DNA from: a virus
DNA: 41,675 bases
Virus record (IMG/VR): IMGVR_UViG_3300025087_000160
Reading direction: 5' to 3' (one strand)
Shown: positions 39,390 through 41,675 of the stretch, in pieces
Position numbering within the stretch: position 1 is the first letter of the stretch
Layout: every line of letters begins with the position of its first letter
Translations under genes and position numbers: made by a program
Notes under the pieces: generated by a model
Databases searched by the model: none
The model's input: the letters and a program-made list of their open reading frames with translations, nothing else
Told to the model about the DNA's origin: nothing

Positions 39390-40153
39390 ATAAATTTCCT
39401 GGATTTCCACCCGAACCTGCAACTAATTACTGGCCGTACCCCAAAGCTCTTAATGGCTGGTGGCATATATTATCAGGAAGCGAGCAAAAATGTCTTGATT
39501 TTATTTTAAGACATACGTGGGGTTTCAAAAAAACTTCAGATAGAATTTCTTATGAACAATTTCTTAATGGAGTTAGGTCGCAAAGAGGGTTGTTAGAAGA
39601 TAGGGGTTGTGGTTTTTCACGCCCCACGCTTTCTAAAGCATTAAAAGGGCTTACTGAAAAAGGTTTTATCGAAAAACACGGAAAAGAAAGAAGCAGAAGT
39701 ATTGTTTATTCTCTGGTAAAGAAACTTAACCAGACTGGTAAAGAATCTTTACCAGAGAAAAAACAAGTCGTGCCTAGTCTGGTAAAGAAACTTAACACAC
39801 AATATACAATAAAGGATATATCAATAATAGAGATATGGAATTTCTATCTCTTAAAAGCTAAGACTAAAGAACAACTCTTACCAGGTCGTAAAAAGAAAAT
39901 GGTCGCCCGCGTGAAAAGATATTCTTCAGAACAAATTAAACAGGCAATTACTAATTGTTTTAATAGTCCTTTTCATCTTGGTAAAAATGACAGAGGTTGG
40001 ATTGCCAACGCTGATTATATTTTTAAAAGCGATGAAGTAATTGATAATCTTTTAAATTTAAAAACTATGGATAATCGTTCTAATGAAGAAAAACTAGCCC
40101 AGAAACTTTTACATCCTGAGGAGTACCAAAATGAGTCATCAAGAGCCTTGTGA
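39386..40153 (+). CDS. Replication initiator / replisome organiser (lambda O-like N-terminal winged helix)
   Basis: LSGSEQKCLDFILRHTWGFKKTSDRISYEQF...GFSRPTLSKALKGLTEKGFI fits the phage Rep-O N-terminal pattern (..R.TYGW.K..D.IS..Q....G.....V..A...L...G.I). Iterons lie in the linker. Confidence 0.7.
   Translation: MNKFPGFPPEPATNYWPYPKALNGWWHILSGSEQKCLDFILRHTWGFKKTSDRISYEQFLNGVRSQRGLLEDRGCGFSRPTLSKALKGLTEKGFIEKHGKERSRSIVYSLVKKLNQTGKESLPEKKQVVPSLVKKLNTQYTIKDISIIEIWNFYLLKAKTKEQLLPGRKKKMVARVKRYSSEQIKQAITNCFNSPFHLGKNDRGWIANADYIFKSDEVIDNLLNLKTMDNRSNEEKLAQKLLHPEEYQNESSRAL
39712..39796 (+). repeat. Iteron cluster inside the initiator gene (candidate origin)
   Basis: TCTGGTAAAGAAACTTAAC at 39712..39730 and 39778..39796 (perfect). 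A 16/19 copy at 39734..39752 forms the palindrome CTGGTAAAGA-A-TCTTTACCAG (39735..39755). An AT-rich stretch follows. Confidence 0.65.
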
Positions 40154-40991
40154 TCCAGATTTAGACTTTTTAGACAAAGATTTAGATGTTTCTAATTCAA
40201 CAGAAACCGAATCAGAAGAAAATTACAAAATTTATTCTGGAAATGAAGCATTGAAAGAATATAAGAGATTGAAGAAAAAATATGGGGAAGGAGTATCTAC
40301 AGGTTATTCAAGGATAAATAGTTTTTTTAAATTTTTACCAAGTCAGCTTTATTTACTTTCAGCTTCAACTCATGTAGGCAAAACATTGCTGGCTTTGAAT
40401 ATGTGTGCTTATATCGCACTTTTGGGTAAGAAAGTTTTGTTTATTTCTTTGGAACAGGGAGTTTTCGTTTCTGATTTGGTTAGTAAAATACTTGATGGCA
40501 ATTATCCTGAAACACTTTCGGTATTAGACACGAGTAAAACAATATCAGTGGATGAATTATTGGAGATATTGAAGAATTTAGATAAGTATGACCTTATTTG
40601 TTTAGACCACATTCATTTTCTCAAGAAAAGTGGGAAGGGGGCGACTGAGGATATAGATGAGATTATTCATAAATTGCAAAATATTGCTAAAGAACTTGAA
40701 ACTCCTTTTTTGGTTATTTCTCATCTTAGAAAATTAAATACAAAAAGACCGCCTACTCTGGATGATCTTAAAGATTCAAGTGCTTTGGCTCAAGTACCCT
40801 CCGTTGTTATGATGCTGTATAGGGAAGAAAAAAATGATACAACCTTGTCTGATGAAGGAATTTTGTATATTAGAAAAAATAGGATTCAAGGTAAAACTGG
40901 TGGTTTTAAATTTCAGATAAAGGAAAAAGTAAAAATCATTTTTGATGAAGAGGATATGGTTGATCAAGCAAAGGAGATTTTTAGTGAGTGA
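40131..40991 (+). CDS. DnaB-like replicative helicase (C-terminal RecA-type ATPase domain only)
   Basis: GAGGAG SD. Walker A ASTHVGKT, Walker B LICLDHIHFL, ISHLRK. 286 aa, shorter than full-length DnaB. Confidence 0.7.
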   Translation: MSHQEPCDPDLDFLDKDLDVSNSTETESEENYKIYSGNEALKEYKRLKKKYGEGVSTGYSRINSFFKFLPSQLYLLSASTHVGKTLLALNMCAYIALLGKKVLFISLEQGVFVSDLVSKILDGNYPETLSVLDTSKTISVDELLEILKNLDKYDLICLDHIHFLKKSGKGATEDIDEIIHKLQNIAKELETPFLVISHLRKLNTKRPPTLDDLKDSSALAQVPSVVMMLYREEKNDTTLSDEGILYIRKNRIQGKTGGFKFQIKEKVKIIFDEEDMVDQAKEIFSE

Positions 40992-41361
40992 ATTAGTTAA
41001 ATTAGAAAAAGAAGAATTAGAATTGATTGATTCTGTGTGTGAGCAGGTTAAGTCAATTATTGTTGAGGGCGAATTCAACGCAAGGTGGACACTCTTGCAC
41101 GCATATCATCAGGTTGGTAAGTTAATAGTTGAAAATTTTAGAAATCCAACGGAAATCGTTGCAACTGTTGCAGTAAAAATAAACAGGAGTGAGAGAACTT
41201 TATGGTATGCAGTGGCTTTCGCAAAAAAATATCCAGATATAAACAAACTTCCTGAAGGCAAAAATATCAGTTGGCGGAAATTGATAAATAATTACCTTAC
41301 AGATGGAAAGAAAGAAGATAAAAAGATGATTAAGTGTCCGAATTGCGGATTTGAATTTTGA
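40984..41361 (+). CDS. Hypothetical protein with YhcG/DUF1016-N-like helical region and C-terminal CPNCG
   Basis: GTG start 7 nt after AAGGAG, overlapping the helicase stop. The pattern ..R..LL.AYHQVGK.I.......E....A......S.R.LWYAV.FA.KYPD is similar to the DUF1016 N-terminus; this is a tentative call. Confidence 0.45.
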   Translation: MSELVKLEKEELELIDSVCEQVKSIIVEGEFNARWTLLHAYHQVGKLIVENFRNPTEIVATVAVKINRSERTLWYAVAFAKKYPDINKLPEGKNISWRKLINNYLTDGKKEDKKMIKCPNCGFEF

Positions 41362-41373
41362 GGGAGGTGATTT

Positions 41374-41583
41374 GTGGAAAAGCTATTAAAAAAATTAGAA
41401 AAGATTGTAGTAAAACACCAAACAATTAATCCTAAAATGTTGAAAACCTTTGAAATTGGACAAGCCTTTTGTAATTCAAAAGCAAAAGAGGGCGATGTAA
41501 AAAAAGTTGCCGCAAAATTAGATTTAGAAGAAAATATGCTTTGGGATGCAATTTTGTTTTATAAACAGATTGAGAAACTATGA
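41374..41583 (+). CDS. Hypothetical protein (69 aa)
   Basis: GTG start after GGGAGGTGA. Its stop overlaps the ninG ATG at 41580, which equals position 32. Confidence 0.5.
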   Translation: MEKLLKKLEKIVVKHQTINPKMLKTFEIGQAFCNSKAKEGDVKKVAAKLDLEENMLWDAILFYKQIEKL

Positions 41584-41675
41584 AAAAAGGAATCAAAAAG
41601 TGTGTTAATTGCAAAGAATATAAAAAGTGTAAGTTCAAAAAAGGTGCTAAAAACTTCTGCTCCTCTAAATGCAAG
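41549..41675. repeat. Terminal direct repeat, copy 2 (identical to 1..127)
   Basis: Contains the duplicated first 96 nt of the ninG-like ORF (41580..41675). Confidence 0.95.

Noticed and set aside
1-41675. Lysogeny module, tRNAs, rRNAs, and alternative genetic code.
   Set aside because: No integrase- or repressor-like ORF and no cloverleaf-like sequence were recognised in the non-coding gaps (5973-6159, 18603-18760, 38445-38717). TGA is used as a stop in many ATGA overlaps and ORFs are long under the standard code, so there is no sign of stop-codon reassignment.

Overview
The window is one complete tailed dsDNA phage genome. Bases 1-127 are identical to 41549-41675, so the unique length is 41,548 bp and the contig closes on itself. 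All but two genes are on the + strand.

Gene order:
- NinG/Rap-like nuclease, an HTH protein, and an HNH plus lysozyme-like cassette.
- A possible SSB.
- An AT-rich array of very small early genes separated by a recurring junction sequence (3.7-5.9 kb).
- A coupled groES-groEL operon (6.16-8.02 kb).
- Unknown middle genes.
- A ParB-like::cytosine-5 methyltransferase fusion.
- Small and large terminase, portal, a virion lysozyme-like protein, a scaffold-like protein and the major capsid.
- A long, GC-richer virion module: beta-helix protein, repeat-containing fibre, two LamG proteins, several beta-sandwich proteins, putative tail and internal proteins.
- An AT-rich island with HNH-like genes and two opposite-strand genes.
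- Tail fibre, another HNH gene, and a lysis cassette (holin-like genes plus an M23 peptidase).
- A replication module: a lambda-O-like initiator with internal iterons and a DnaB-like helicase.

I recognised no integrase, repressor, DNA or RNA polymerase, tRNA, rRNA or CRISPR array. The morphotype (possibly short-tailed) is only a weak inference from gene order.

The most striking sequence-level feature is that about 17 genes, mostly late genes, carry a (G)TGnTATAAT-type -10 element ending 5-8 nt before the ATG with no Shine-Dalgarno sequence. That predicts leaderless mRNAs. Early and replication genes instead use strong SD sites and ATGA start/stop coupling.

Functional calls come from motifs I could read in the translations. 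No database search was run.
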